Source: Macrostomum lignano (Eukaryota). From it: 64,000 bases of DNA. The stretch spans positions 1 to 64,000 of the forward strand of contig NIVC01001217.1 in NCBI GenBank assembly GCA_002269645.1. Direction: 5' to 3'. This document shows, in pieces, positions 37,196-48,970 of the stretch (within the stretch, counting starts at the first letter, position 1; every line of letters begins with the position of its first letter). Under the pieces are notes generated by a model. It was not told where the DNA came from. It was given only the letters and a program-made list of their open reading frames with translations, and did no database searches. The translations under genes and the position numbers were made by a program.

Positions 37196-37792
37196 GTCTG
37201 CAGTGTAATTCTCCCCGTGTCTCCGATATCTCTGTCTCACGCTATGGAAAATTTTATGGCTTGATGTGATTTTCATAGTCTCACCAGTCTCCCTGCTCCA
37301 ACTTAATAATACGCCACTTTGCCTCCAATATCACTGTCTTCTTGTCTCCATCTCCCTCCAGCGTCTTGCGCCTGACTATTTCAGATTTTTTCAGTGAACT
37401 GCTTCAATGCTTTGTGACGACAAAAATCACACGCGTTTGAAATTTCATTTTGCACAATCACCGTGTATCCGTGTTATAGTGAACTTTAGATTAAAGTAGT
37501 TAATTACGGTGCAATCTGTGTACATATGTTCTACTACTCCATTCAGCGCCTGACCTAGTTCACGATTTTCAAATATAGAAAGCCTTATTACTTACTTTGA
37601 ACTAAAAGCTGTTTTTTCTTTGTCCCTCTATATATAATCGATTCCTATATTTTTTTTCCACTCTACTCGAATTTGTTGCACGACTTTGACCACACATACA
37701 CACACTTATTTTCCTCCCGTAGCAGAAGTGTTCATTTTTTTGTTGTTTTTGCAGCCGAAGTTAGGTAATTGATCGGATATGTGTGTTGTCAC

Positions 37793-37823
37793 CACAGATA
37801 CTAGAATAGTTGTAGAATCTGTG
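37793..37823. mobile_element. 31-bp minimal CACAG element (two termini only)
   Basis: CACAGATACTAGAATAGTTGTAGAATCTGTG. Confidence 0.55.
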
Positions 37824-38099
37824 CTGGTCACTGGACAATCCAGCTCTCGTCGTTATGATTTCAATCGACTCATCTTTTTCCTGTCCCAACAATGAATTGT
37901 CGCATGTTATGCTCTGCTATATTTAATCACGACAATGACAAAATAAATGATAACGTTTTTCGTTTTTTTTCTGCTGGGAATTTTCTGACCTTTCAAGCCT
38001 TTGTATAAACATTTACTTTGTAAGGCAGCTCGTGGTTTTAATGACAGAAAACGAGCTTGCACACGCCAGTAAATGCTCAAGAACTACTTAAGAACACAG

Positions 38100-38720
38100 C
38101 ACGTTACATTCGCTAATTCTAAAAGGCCGCTTTGAATGTACGTGTCTAGGGCCTTTGTGATCGTTTTGGCTTTTAATATTAAAGCTGTGCATGTAGTGAA
38201 TATAAGACTTTTATGCGTATGTATTCCGACCAAAAGTTACAGTAGGTACGTGAAAATGTTCATATGCTTCGCGAAGTTTTGCGGCATCCATCGTAGCATT
38301 GGTCGCGCAATTGTTGTCTACATATGTAGAGACCGACATCTTAAGTGGCTTCTGTGACAACTTCAGCGGTCGAGGATGTACAGTCTAATAAGCCAAGAAA
38401 GTTGTCATCAGGAAGTTGATATTTGCCTACGTAATACATATACATACCGAATGCAAATTGCTTGCTGATCTTTACCGCTGATGTTGATGGTACCACTGAC
38501 TATAGGCGAAAAATATTTGAACGTTGTTTTGCTTGCTTTAGCCAAGACTGCGAAGAAAGTCTTTGCCATTTGTCCCAGCATTTCATTTAGAATCTCAGAA
38601 TTAGTGAATTTTAGATTTTTGAAAGAGTTACTTTTTCATCAGCCCAAAGTTGCAAACACAACTATAGAAAATACAACCGGGAGTAGTATTTTTAACATGT
38701 GCATGCTAATTTAAATGAAT
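38100..38720 (-). mobile_element. Fossil hAT transposase (ZMYM1/DUF4371-like)
   Basis: Minus-strand frames FTNSEILNEMLGQMA..KYFSPIVSGTINISGKDQQAICIRYV../DNFLGLLDCTSSTAEVVTEAT*..LRDQCYDG match the hAT motifs TS.EIQNE..YFS.I.D.T.D.S..EQ..I..RYV..FLG..RGQ.YDG. Confidence 0.7.
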
Positions 38721-41328
38721 GGCAATCTTCACTGGCACACATAAGATGCAATCATTCATTTTATGATTAAAAATTCTTTTTCCTATCTCCGCAGTGAATT
38801 TATCCGTAACCATGCAGTTATCTAGACATTCTTTAAGTACTTAAAAATGTGTCTTTTTGAAATTTGGTTTTCCGGGAAACTATAATCGACTTTTCGGTAT
38901 TTTTATAGGCCTATACGCATTACGCTTACGCTGAAGTAGCAGCAGAATGGCTAGTGTAGAGCCTAAAGAAACTGATTCACCATTGTGATCGTGACGTGTG
39001 ACATAATTTTGCACACTAATATTTAGCTCTCAATCATTTTAATATTGTAAGATTATAAATTGAAATTCATTTGAATCTATTTTTGTAAAAGTGTAAATAA
39101 AGGTCTATCATCTGTATAGTATACAGGTCAGACCAACATCCCTAAAGCATTTTGACAATATTAATGTCATGAAGAGGTTGTTGGGAAGCTCCCTATCCCA
39201 CTCCATATCCCCACCTCCTATTCCAGTATTCCCCAGTAGACAAACATTTTTAGAAAAGAAAACTTTTTGTCTGCTCAGCAGATAATTTATCAGCAGACAG
39301 AACAACTGGGTTGAACTGTCGCCTGTGGTTGGGATAGTAGGGGTTAAAGTCACAATTAACAGTTAAAATGAATAAAGCCAATGAGGAAGCCACCTGGCAT
39401 TTGCCACTATCAAGAAAGCTAGACTGCAAATAATTTAAGAGGCTTTTGCTATTTAATCTTCTTGGAAACCAACTGACAAGCAGGTGATAATGTCAATGAT
39501 TTTGTCAAGTGGCATTGACAACTCAGTTGACAATGTGACTAAAGTGTTGGGGTCAACTGTATTAGTGGTTGATGTGTGCCCAAAATTTCTATTATATAAA
39601 TTATATATACCTGATATAAATCTACATTATTATTGTACAAAAATTATTATTGCTGACATTGTTTTAATAATTATCCTATTTTATTCTAAACATCCCAACA
39701 ATAAAAATTAGGATTCAAACATTTAATAGTAGTAGTAGGCCTACCAATATTATATTATTATACTATATATGCATAGGCCTAGATGAAATTTTTTAATACA
39801 TGTTCTAGGCCTAGCCTATTCAAATGTAGGCCTATCACTTAATGGATTGCACCCATAATTTTTTATTTCTAAATAGACGTGGAAAGTAATTTAAGAGGCA
39901 GGTCTGCAGATTTTTTTGTAAAGGTAAGCATTTTTGTAGTATTTATTGTAATATAGTGCTAATTGTCTAGCTTTTGGCTTAGTTCTCTTTCTTTGTGCAT
40001 GTGTAACTGCTTTTTTACAAGAAATTTCTCATCATTAAAGCTTAATTGGGAGGTTTTATCTTTGTATAGTGTCTTGAAGTCTATACTTTTTAGTTTCTTT
40101 TAAGTGCATTATATTTTGTAATGAAGCAGGAAAATGTTGCAAAATGGTATATGGTACCTGGACACTTTGTCATCTAGATGACAATCTGTCCAATATCTCA
40201 GAGGATGGATGACAAAGTGACTTAGACTTGTGGATACTTTGTCATCTATAAAACAAAAGTTTTCAAAGTTAAAACAGAACCACCTTTCCTCACCCCACAT
40301 CACCCTCAACATGCACATGATTTTGTTATTTTGAGACATTGTGTTGGCACCTCCAATATGCACACAATTTTGTTATTTTGAGACATTGTGTTGGCACCTA
40401 TCTTTCAACTCTTTTAATGAAATCAGTTTTGACACCTCTTTTTGACAATTTAGAGTGTGAAGTGTGTTCACACCTCTGCCCCACCACCCCACCCTCACTT
40501 TATTCCAAACAAAGCAAGTACAAAAGCACCTCCATATCCAATGTGCATCCAATAGGCTCATGAGACCTTGTGTTGGCGCCTGTTCCCTCAATCCATCTTA
40601 GCCCACCCTTCAAGTTTTCATACCTCTGTCCACCATCCCATCTCAACCATACATTACTCCAACTTGTACCCTATTTAGTTATTTAGTACACCCTATTATA
40701 CTAGTTATTTAGTATATAAAGGCAACCGGAATGAAACCAATCTTATATCTTACATGAAGTTGTAAGATGACAAAGTGTCTAGGATCCATGGTATGGATAT
40801 TCATATGGCTAGATACCTTAGTCTTGCGTGAGGTTTCAGTTTTAGTTTTTTTTAGCTATGTAGGGTATTTTAATTGGCAGTTGACAAAGTGATCAAGGTG
40901 GGGAACTCACCATTGGCTAGTTGACAAAATGACCAATGTGAAACTAAGTTGATAAAATGGCCAGTGGACAAAATTCCAATTGATGAAATGACAAAGACCC
41001 CTGACAAGCAGGCTAGCACTCTCATATGAGATCTTGGTAAGCATTGAAGATTTTGTTACTTGAGTTATTTAAACATAACAAGAAGAAATATGAGAAGGGA
41101 AAGAGGAAAAGAGATAAGGGGAGAAAAGGGGAGAGGGAAAAAGGGAAAGAGGAAAGAGAAAGAGAAAGAAAAAAGAGGAAACAAGAGAAAGGTGAGGAAA
41201 TAGAAGAGAGGAAAGAGAGGAGAGAGGTAAGAAAATAGAGAAAACTGTTTAAAATGTGATCAAGTTGATAAGCATTGAGTGCCACAGATGGATTCTACAC
41301 TGTCTATAGAATGCTATTCATGCTTGGG

Positions 41329-41484
41329 TGCAACCTTTGGATTCACTCGGCCGTTTCTATTGACAAAACACATGTCTGCCCTTGCAACCTTGGGAATCAC
41401 CTGGCCATTTCTATTGGCAAAACAGTGCTAGCGACATACATGTGTTTTGCCAATAGAAATGGCCAAGTGATTCCCAAGGTTGCA
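41329..41484. other. Near-perfect hairpin (42-bp arms, 18-nt loop) preceded by a degenerate third arm
   Basis: 41383-41424 versus the reverse complement of 41443-41484: one mismatch. Confidence 0.85.
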
Positions 41485-42229
41485 TGTATGATGCTATTTA
41501 TAGTTGCATTCTTCAAATTGGAACAGTTAGCAGCAAAAATTCTTAATGCCTAATCAGTGACATTCTTATCAATTATTGCTGGCTAGTAGCACATTGCAAC
41601 CACAGCAAGAAAGTTATACATTGTATGAAGTTACAGAAAATTTACAAGCTATAGATATGGATATAAAAAAGACTATGGGAAATTTTTTGAGATATGGCTA
41701 TAGATATTAATATAGGAAAATTTTGCTTATAGTGAACTTCTATTATAAATTACAGAACAAATCTTTTGGTTTATAGAAACTTTTATAATTCAAAGTTAAA
41801 CACAAATATTGTATAACGATTCTAATATGCAGAAATCAATTATCTTTATATTGTCTAAATTTATTTTAAATTTGTAGTTTAAAAATGATGCAAATAATTT
41901 TTTATCATTCAATAATTTTTAATATCTTGCTATATCATATAGACTATTCTAAAAAGTTTCAGCAATCAAAAATTATTTTACTGATCATATTAATTGAATT
42001 TAATAAATTACTAAATCAAAAGTACTACCTACCTTGAAACTCATTCAAAACTTTTTTGTCCTTTGCAAATGTGTTATTTCTTAATGCATATTAAGTAGAG
42101 ACTAAGTTCTATAATTATATATTAACTGCTATGAGTATATTGATATTGCTATATGATGCATTATTTAGTTAATCTTACTAAAAAGCTAGGCTTATTTATA
42201 AATCTAATATGTTGGCTCATATCCATATA

Positions 42230-42985
42230 GCAAATATCAAGCAATGCAAATTTCAGGCTAAGCAAATGCCAGGCTAAGCAAATATCAAGCAATGCAAATT
42301 TCAGGCTAAGCAAATACCAGGCTAAGCAAATGTCAGGCTATGCAAATGTCAGGCTAAGCAAATGCCAGGCTAAGCAAATGCCAGGCTAAGCAAATGTCAG
42401 GCTATGCAAATGTCAGGCAATGCAAATGTCAGGCAATGCAAATGTCAGGCTAAGCAAATGTCAGGCTAAGCAAATGTCAGGCAATGCAAATTTCAGGCTA
42501 AGCAAATGCCAGGCTAAGCAAATGTCAGGCTAAGCAAATGCCAGGCTAAGCAAATTTCAGGCTAAGCAAATGCCAGGCTAAGCAAATGTCAGGCTAAGCA
42601 AATGTCAGGCTAAGCAAATGCCAGGCTAAGCAAATGCCAGGCTAAGCAAATTTCAGGCTAAGCAAATGCCAGGCTAAGCAAATGTCAGGCTAAGCAAATG
42701 TCAGGCTAAGCAAATGTCAGGCAATGCAAATGCCAGGCTAAGCAAATGCCAGGCTAAGCAAATGCCAGGCTAAGCAAATGCCAGGCTAAGCAAATGCCAG
42801 GCTAAGCAAATGTCAGGCTAAGCAAATGTCAGGCTAAGCAAATGTCAGGCAATGCAAATGTCAGGCAATGCAAATGTCAGGCTAAGCAAATGCCAGGCTA
42901 AGCAAATGTCAGGCTAAGCAAATGCCAGGCTAAGCATTTGTCAGGCTAAGCAAAAGTCAGGCAATGCAAATGCCAGGCTAAGCAA
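42230..42985. repeat. 16-bp minisatellite GCTAAGCAAATG(T/C)CAG
   Basis: About 46 copies ending about 100 bp before the COX16 ATG. Confidence 0.97.
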
Positions 42986-43085
42986 ACGCATTATAGTATC
43001 TGTGAGTAGTCTGCAGTGCAATGCAATTTTTGCTGTTTTGCTGCCAAACCCAGCTAGACTGCAAGAATCTCCTTAGAAAGCAGCA

Positions 43086-43394
43086 ATGATACCGGGCAAG
43101 GGCAGCAGTTTTTATTCTTTAATCCGGCCCGGCCTGCCGTTCATAGGAGGCCTGGTGGCCCTGGCTTTCATGGTGGGGTCAATGGCCGACACTCGGCACA
43201 GGCTGCATCGAATTAAAAGCTTGCAAAGCAACGCTTATTACGACGCGTCAATGAAGATACCAGATGCGCCGAAGATGCTGAACGACATGCTTGGCAATCG
43301 CGACATCGATAATTGGGACAATCTGCGCGGACCCCGACCGTGGGAGGACAGTCGGGCCATGCAGACCGAGCAGCGCAAAGTTCAGTCCAAGTGA
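43086..43394 (+). CDS. COX16: Cytochrome c oxidase assembly protein COX16 homolog
   Basis: 102 aa, one TM segment (GLPFIGGLVALAFMVG) and the diagnostic C-terminal motif D.D.WDNLRGPRPWED. Confidence 0.87.
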   Translation: MIPGKGSSFYSLIRPGLPFIGGLVALAFMVGSMADTRHRLHRIKSLQSNAYYDASMKIPDAPKMLNDMLGNRDIDNWDNLRGPRPWEDSRAMQTEQRKVQSK

Positions 43395-43762
43395 TCAGTT
43401 GAAGGGCCTGGTGCCAAATAATGGCGTCATCAGCTCTTACATTATTGAATGACGAGGTCTGTTTCTTCCCCAAGAAGTTCATATCGTGCCATATTGGACA
43501 ACTCGGGTAAAAGGACTCTACAGTCGCAATTCCTAAGTTTTCTGCCTGTTCTGTCTGTAGAATCCTACTCATTTAATTACGTAATAATGAACACCTTCAC
43601 ATGGATTTACCTGAATCCCCATAGTTAATTATAGAATTTAAATCAGAATAAGAAATTTACAGAATATTGTTTATGAACAAGGGAACACAGCTTTTTAATT
43701 AATTTAGTGATATAAGAACTTATTAGAATCTAAATTAAAATTAGTTAACACTGATTCTGAAC

Positions 43763-44223
43763 CATATATACTTGAATAACTAGATGGGCCGCTCAGCACA
43801 TTTGCATGTAAGCTACTTTCAGTTCAGTAGCAAGTTAAACAGAAGCATTTTAATGTATTTTTAAAGCCAAGGCTCAATTTATTGGCTCTTACCCCCCCCC
43901 CCCCCCCGCATAAACTTCGGCCTCTAGCCGCGCCTTTCCACCCCACCCCAATTTTTATTGCCTTTCTCGGAATTCCAGCCTAAAGCTGCCATGTACATTT
44001 CAGTGGACTGGCTAATGTACATTATTGCTGAACCAATTAGCAAGCTGTTTACGCCTGCAAGCTTTTGTTGGGCTTCTGAACTTATCAAAGTTAGTTCAGC
44101 TGCCTTTTTTTATAAAATTAGCTTATGTAGTCTTTGCTACTGAACTGAAAGTAGAAAACTGTTTTGCTAAGTTCACTAAGTATATATGCCTGAGTGGCTC
44201 ATCTAGTCATTCTAGAATCTGTG
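43763..44223. mobile_element. CACAG-terminated MITE, copy 2 (uninterrupted)
   Basis: Colinear with 28107-28299 + 29786-30037; inner inverted repeat CTACTTTCAGTTCAGTAG / CTACTGAACTGAAAGTAG. Confidence 0.85.
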
Positions 44224-44619
44224 CACTAGAATCAGAGGCAGACGAATCAGTTATATTTGTCCCTAATTTCTGAAGCCCATTTTCTCATTAATGGCTTGCA
44301 GTCTCCAATCATCGATTGTCCGTTGTATATAAAATAGAGCTCCTGTCCTAGAAAAGTAAATGTCCCGAATGAACTGTTGGACTCTGTGGACTGGGGCGCA
44401 TTTCATGATTTTGTTATTTTATATGACAAATACACCTTTAAATACGGTACTCGTACACTGCCGGCCGCCATCTTATTGGTATTGGCATTGTTTTTTTCTG
44501 AATTGAGAAATTAACCTTAAGGTCTCCATTGCTACTATAAGTAACTGAAATAGGATATTACTGTTTTTTAGCCATGTTTTGTAAAACGTTGCATTTCTCT
44601 TGTGGGTGCACGCAAATCG

Positions 44620-44910
44620 ACTGCCACAATTTAACTGCGGATAATTTGACAATTTCACTGTGGACAATGTCACTGGGGGGGGAATTTGACTGCGGACAAT
44701 TTCACTGGGGGGGCAATTTGACTGCGGACAATTTCACTGGGGGGCAATTTGACTGCGGACAATTTCACTGGGGGGCAATTTGACTGCGGACAATTTCACT
44801 GCGGACAATGTCACTGGGGGGCAATTTGACTGTGGACAATTTCACTGGGGGCAATTTGACTGTGGATAAAATTACTGCAGAAAATATGACTGTGGACTGC
44901 GGAAAATCGA
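44620..44910. repeat. About 31-bp repeat GACTGCGGACAATTTCACTGGGGGGCAATTT
   Basis: Tandem modules, possibly the interior of a MITE. Confidence 0.8.
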
Positions 44911-45607
44911 CTGCTTCAAAAAAGACTCCATGCTATTTATGCATGCTCGCATTATATGCAAGGCTAACAACGCTCTTTACACAAGCAAAAATGCAAGCTA
45001 CTTTAGCTTTTGACTAATAGCTTTTCTGATGGCACAGGTATATGGATTGCATTTTAAAAAAACTCTGAAAGATTCTATTTAGAAAGATTCTAAAATATGG
45101 AAGTCTGGGAATAATATTAGGTGTAGTAAATTTATAAATTCTCAGTGGGATTTGTTAATGTTTTGAGAAATCTCAATTTATCTTTGTATTTAAACGTTGT
45201 TGTTGTGACGACTAAATGGCATCAGTATGATACTTCACCGAACTACGCATACATGTAGACGTAAAAAAGTGTGACAACGTGCTAATCTTCAAGAGTGTCA
45301 TTTTGTCTGTAGTGTACATAGCTTTGAAAGTTAAAATGGATTAGTTCGATTAAATTGCTTGCTTGCATTAGTAATGCCAACGCTGTGCTAAAAATAGACT
45401 AGCGGAGAGAGGGATTCCCCAGCCCTCCGGCCGGATTGCAACACACATGACGCTTGTTGCTAAAAATAGATTCCGCCTTGCATGGCCTATTTAAATGCAG
45501 TGAGCGGGCGCAAGTGACAAGACTGCTAAGGTTAGAGAGGCATTAAAAGAAATTCGCGTTTGATTTTGTTCTGCCATATTCTAAGAATTCTTGCAATACT
45601 TCCAGTC

Positions 45608-47550
45608 ATGTCATTATCATCTTTCGAGCCCCACACAAAGCAGCAGGTGCTAGAAGAGATTAGCGCAATTACCGAACAGCTTAGCGTCCGTTGTCGAGTG
45701 ATTGATAATGTCGGCTCATTCCAGTTTGTAGTCAGCCTGGCCTGCGACCGGTCACCGCAGCTGGCCGTTAAATTGCAACTGACTGGTGAGATATTAAATA
45801 TTGTATACTGGTGTTAATTGGTGCCATAATAATAGGTTCAGATGGGTTAAAGATTTTTTCATGATGGTGGAATTAGGGGTTCCAAATTTAGGCTGAGAAA
45901 TACAGAGATTTCGAGATCGGGATTCCCTTCCACTTCTTTTGTCATGCTACGAGCGTAATTGTAATTTAAAAAAACTCTGAACTGTCGCTACGACAATTGA
46001 CTGCCGAACGTAATTCTAAATTACGAGTAACCTACACCCTTACCAGGGCCTATATGTACCTTATACCTTAATTCCTAAACCCTGCACTAAACCTTAATTC
46101 CTAAACCCTACACTAAACCTTAATTCCTAAACCCTGCACTAAACCTTAATTCCTAACCCTGCACTAAACCTTAATTCCTAAACCCTACACTAAACCTTAA
46201 TTTCTAAACCCTACACTAAACCCTAATTCCTAAACCCAGCACTAAACCTTAATTCCTAAACCCTACACTAAACCCTACACTAAACCTTAATTTCTAAACC
46301 CTACACTAAACCCTAATTCCTAAACCCTACACTAAACCTTAATTCCTAAACCCTGCACTAAATTCTTCCCTGCCTGAGCGACTGTCATGTTGATACAAGC
46401 ATAAGCAGTGGTTGGTAGTACAGTAAGTAGTATGTAGCGCACATGTAAAAGCTAAATTATTTAGAGATTCGATTCCATCGCACCAACACGGCAGACCAAT
46501 ACCCGTTGGAGCCGCCCTGCGTGTCGGTCCGCTCCGCCCCAGCTACGGAAGCTGAACTGGCCACACTGGCCAACTCGCTGCGCGGCCGAGCCATGCTGCA
46601 ACAGCTGGCCGCTGCCGCCTTCCCTGCGGGAACTGCTGCTCTGTCAGCTGTGAATGAAGCCGCGGAAGTCTCCAACAGCAAGCAGGCGGCCGCCCCGCCG
46701 TCCCGCCAGCGTCGCTACGAGTCCGCCCGCACCAAGCGACGCCGGCGAGCCGCCGCGGCCGCCGCAGCCGACGAGTCCAAGCAGGCGGCCAGTTTTAAGG
46801 CCAAACTGAAGCCAATGAAAACCGCCGACGATGTCTTGAAGCGAATCCAATGGGACGAGGGCATTCCGGCCCAGGACATCTTCATCGGCTATCTGGACAG
46901 GTTCAAAGGCGTAGTTGAAAAACAATTCGACGAATTCAGCTGGGAGGACATTGCCAGCGTCGACTATTACACGTTCGTGATCCCCCGGCACCGGATTTGC
47001 TACTTCAAGTACAGGCGCGCGGTCATCTGGGACAAGCGGCGCCGGCTTGACCTGGTGTTCGGCTCCACGGCCACTGCCGACGATGTCGCTGAAGGCGCCG
47101 ACATCTACAAGCTCATCGCCAACTACCGGGACGAGGACTATCCGGACGGCGAGGCGTCCATGGCCTCGGCCGCGTCGTCCTCAAACTCGGAGGCTGACGA
47201 ATCCGACCAATCTGATGAATCTGACGACGACGGCGTCCAGGTGCGGCTCGACCGGCGCGTCGTCGAGTCCGCAGCTCAGCGGTGCGGCGATGACGGCGAC
47301 AGTCTGAGCGAAGGCGAGGACCAGGCCCAACTTTCCGGCACCGCCAAGGTCTACTGGCGCGACCTGCTGCGCCCAAATTTCTTTGTCTGCGTCCGGGTTG
47401 TCGATCCGGCCGTCGCCTCCGCCGCTGCCGCCGTGCAGGCCAGCATCGTCCGGCAGCAGCCCGCCTTCGCCTCCTGCTGCATCCCGCCGGAGATGCTGCA
47501 CTGCACCCTGGCCACCCTGCGACTGGACTCCGCAGAGCAGGTGAGGATGC

Positions 47551-47585
<35 letters not shown>

Positions 47586-47592
47586 GTGTCTG

Positions 47593-47663
<71 letters not shown>

Positions 47664-47731
47664 GTCTGTCTGTCTTAGTGTCTGTCTGTCTGTCTTAGTG
47701 TCTGTCTGTCTTAGTGTCTGTCTGTCTGTCC

Positions 47732-47775
<44 letters not shown>

Positions 47776-47805
47776 TAGTGTCTGTCTGTCTGTGTCTGTC
47801 TGTCC

Positions 47806-47897
<92 letters not shown>

Positions 47898-48401
47898 GTG
47901 TCCCTCTATCTGTCTGTCTACACTGTCACTCAATCATTCAACCAGGTGTCCGCCTGCTCCGCTGCCCTGTCCGCCGCCCGCTCCGAGCTGCTGGCCAGCC
48001 TGCCGCGGGAGCCGCTCCGCCTGCGCGGCCTCGGCTGCTTCTTCGGCCGGGTGCTGCACGCCCGAGTCGACCCGGCGCCCGCCGGCCTGACCGACTTTGT
48101 CGACCACCTGCAGGCGGTGATCCGGGCCGCCGGGCTGCAGGTGCTGGAGACGCACGAGTTCGTGCCGCACGTCACTCTGCTGAAGACCTCCCGACCGGTG
48201 TCCCGGCAGCTGGGCTCGCGCCTCATCCCGCCGCGCCTCTACGCCGGCTCCGAGGGCGTCGATTTTGGCGAACAACCGCTGGACGCCGTCTACCTGTGCA
48301 GCATGGAGAAGGCGCGCGGACCGGACGGATTCTATATGGCCCCAGGCTGCGTGAAGTTCGTGCGCACCGTGCTGGAGCAGGCGGCGCCCAGCCACGACTG
48401 A
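45608..48401 (+). CDS. LENG9: LENG9-like protein with N-terminal RWD domain: RWD - MJ1316 (DUF504) - acidic linker - AKAP7-like 2H phosphoesterase
   Basis: Exons 45608-45785, 46495-47540, 47946-48401 (phases 1 and 0; 559 aa). RWD: [41 protein letters not shown]1316: [47 protein letters not shown]. 2H motifs LHCTL and PHVTL. Confidence 0.9.
46060..46345. repeat. 26-bp minisatellite AAACCTTAATTCCTAAACCCTACACT
   Basis: About 11 copies in intron 1 of the LENG9-like gene. Confidence 0.93.
47550..47910. repeat. (TGTC)n microsatellite
   Basis: Fills intron 47541-47945. Confidence 0.99.
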
Positions 48402-48462
48402 CTGCTTCACAAGTTAACCTAATCTAATGTACCGCACCGGTCCACCATTGACGCCCGTTTAG

Positions 48463-48970
48463 CTGCTTCTTCCGCCCCCTTATCCGCTTCTTCCGCCCCC
48501 TTATCCACTTCTTCCGCCCCCTTATCCGCTTCTTCCGCCCCCTTATCCGCTTCTTCCGCCCCTTATCCGCTTCTTCCGCCCCCTTATCCGCTTCTTCCGC
48601 CCCTTATCCGCTTCCTCCGCCCCCTTATCCGCTTCTTCCGCCCCCTTATCCGCTTCTTCCGCCCCCTTATCCGCTTCTTCCGCCCCCTTATCCGCTTCTT
48701 CCACCCCCTTATCCGCTTTTTCCGCCCCCTTATCCGCTTCTTCCGCCCCTTATCCGCTTCTTCCGCCCCTTATCCGCTTCCTCCGCCCCTTTATCCACTT
48801 CTTCCGCCCCCTTATCCGCTTCTTCCGCCCCCTTATCCGCTTCTTCCGCCCCCTTATCCGCTTCTTCCGCCCCCTTATCCGCTTCATCCGCCCCCTTATC
48901 CGCTTCTTCCGCCCACTTATCCGCTTCTTCCGCCCCCTTATCCGCTTCTTCCGCCCCTTTGTCCGCTTCT
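48463..48970. repeat. 21-bp minisatellite TCCGCTTCTTCCGCCCCCTTA
   Basis: About 24 copies starting about 60 bp after the LENG9-like stop codon. Confidence 0.97.

Noticed and set aside
36288-37269. SISPRVFNLTL / MERVRLKTRGE ORFs
   Set aside because: 33-bp tandem repeat
46060-46345. Interstitial telomere (TAAACCCT resembles telomeric repeats)
   Set aside because: The unit is 26 bp and only partly telomere-like; no (TTAGGG)n run
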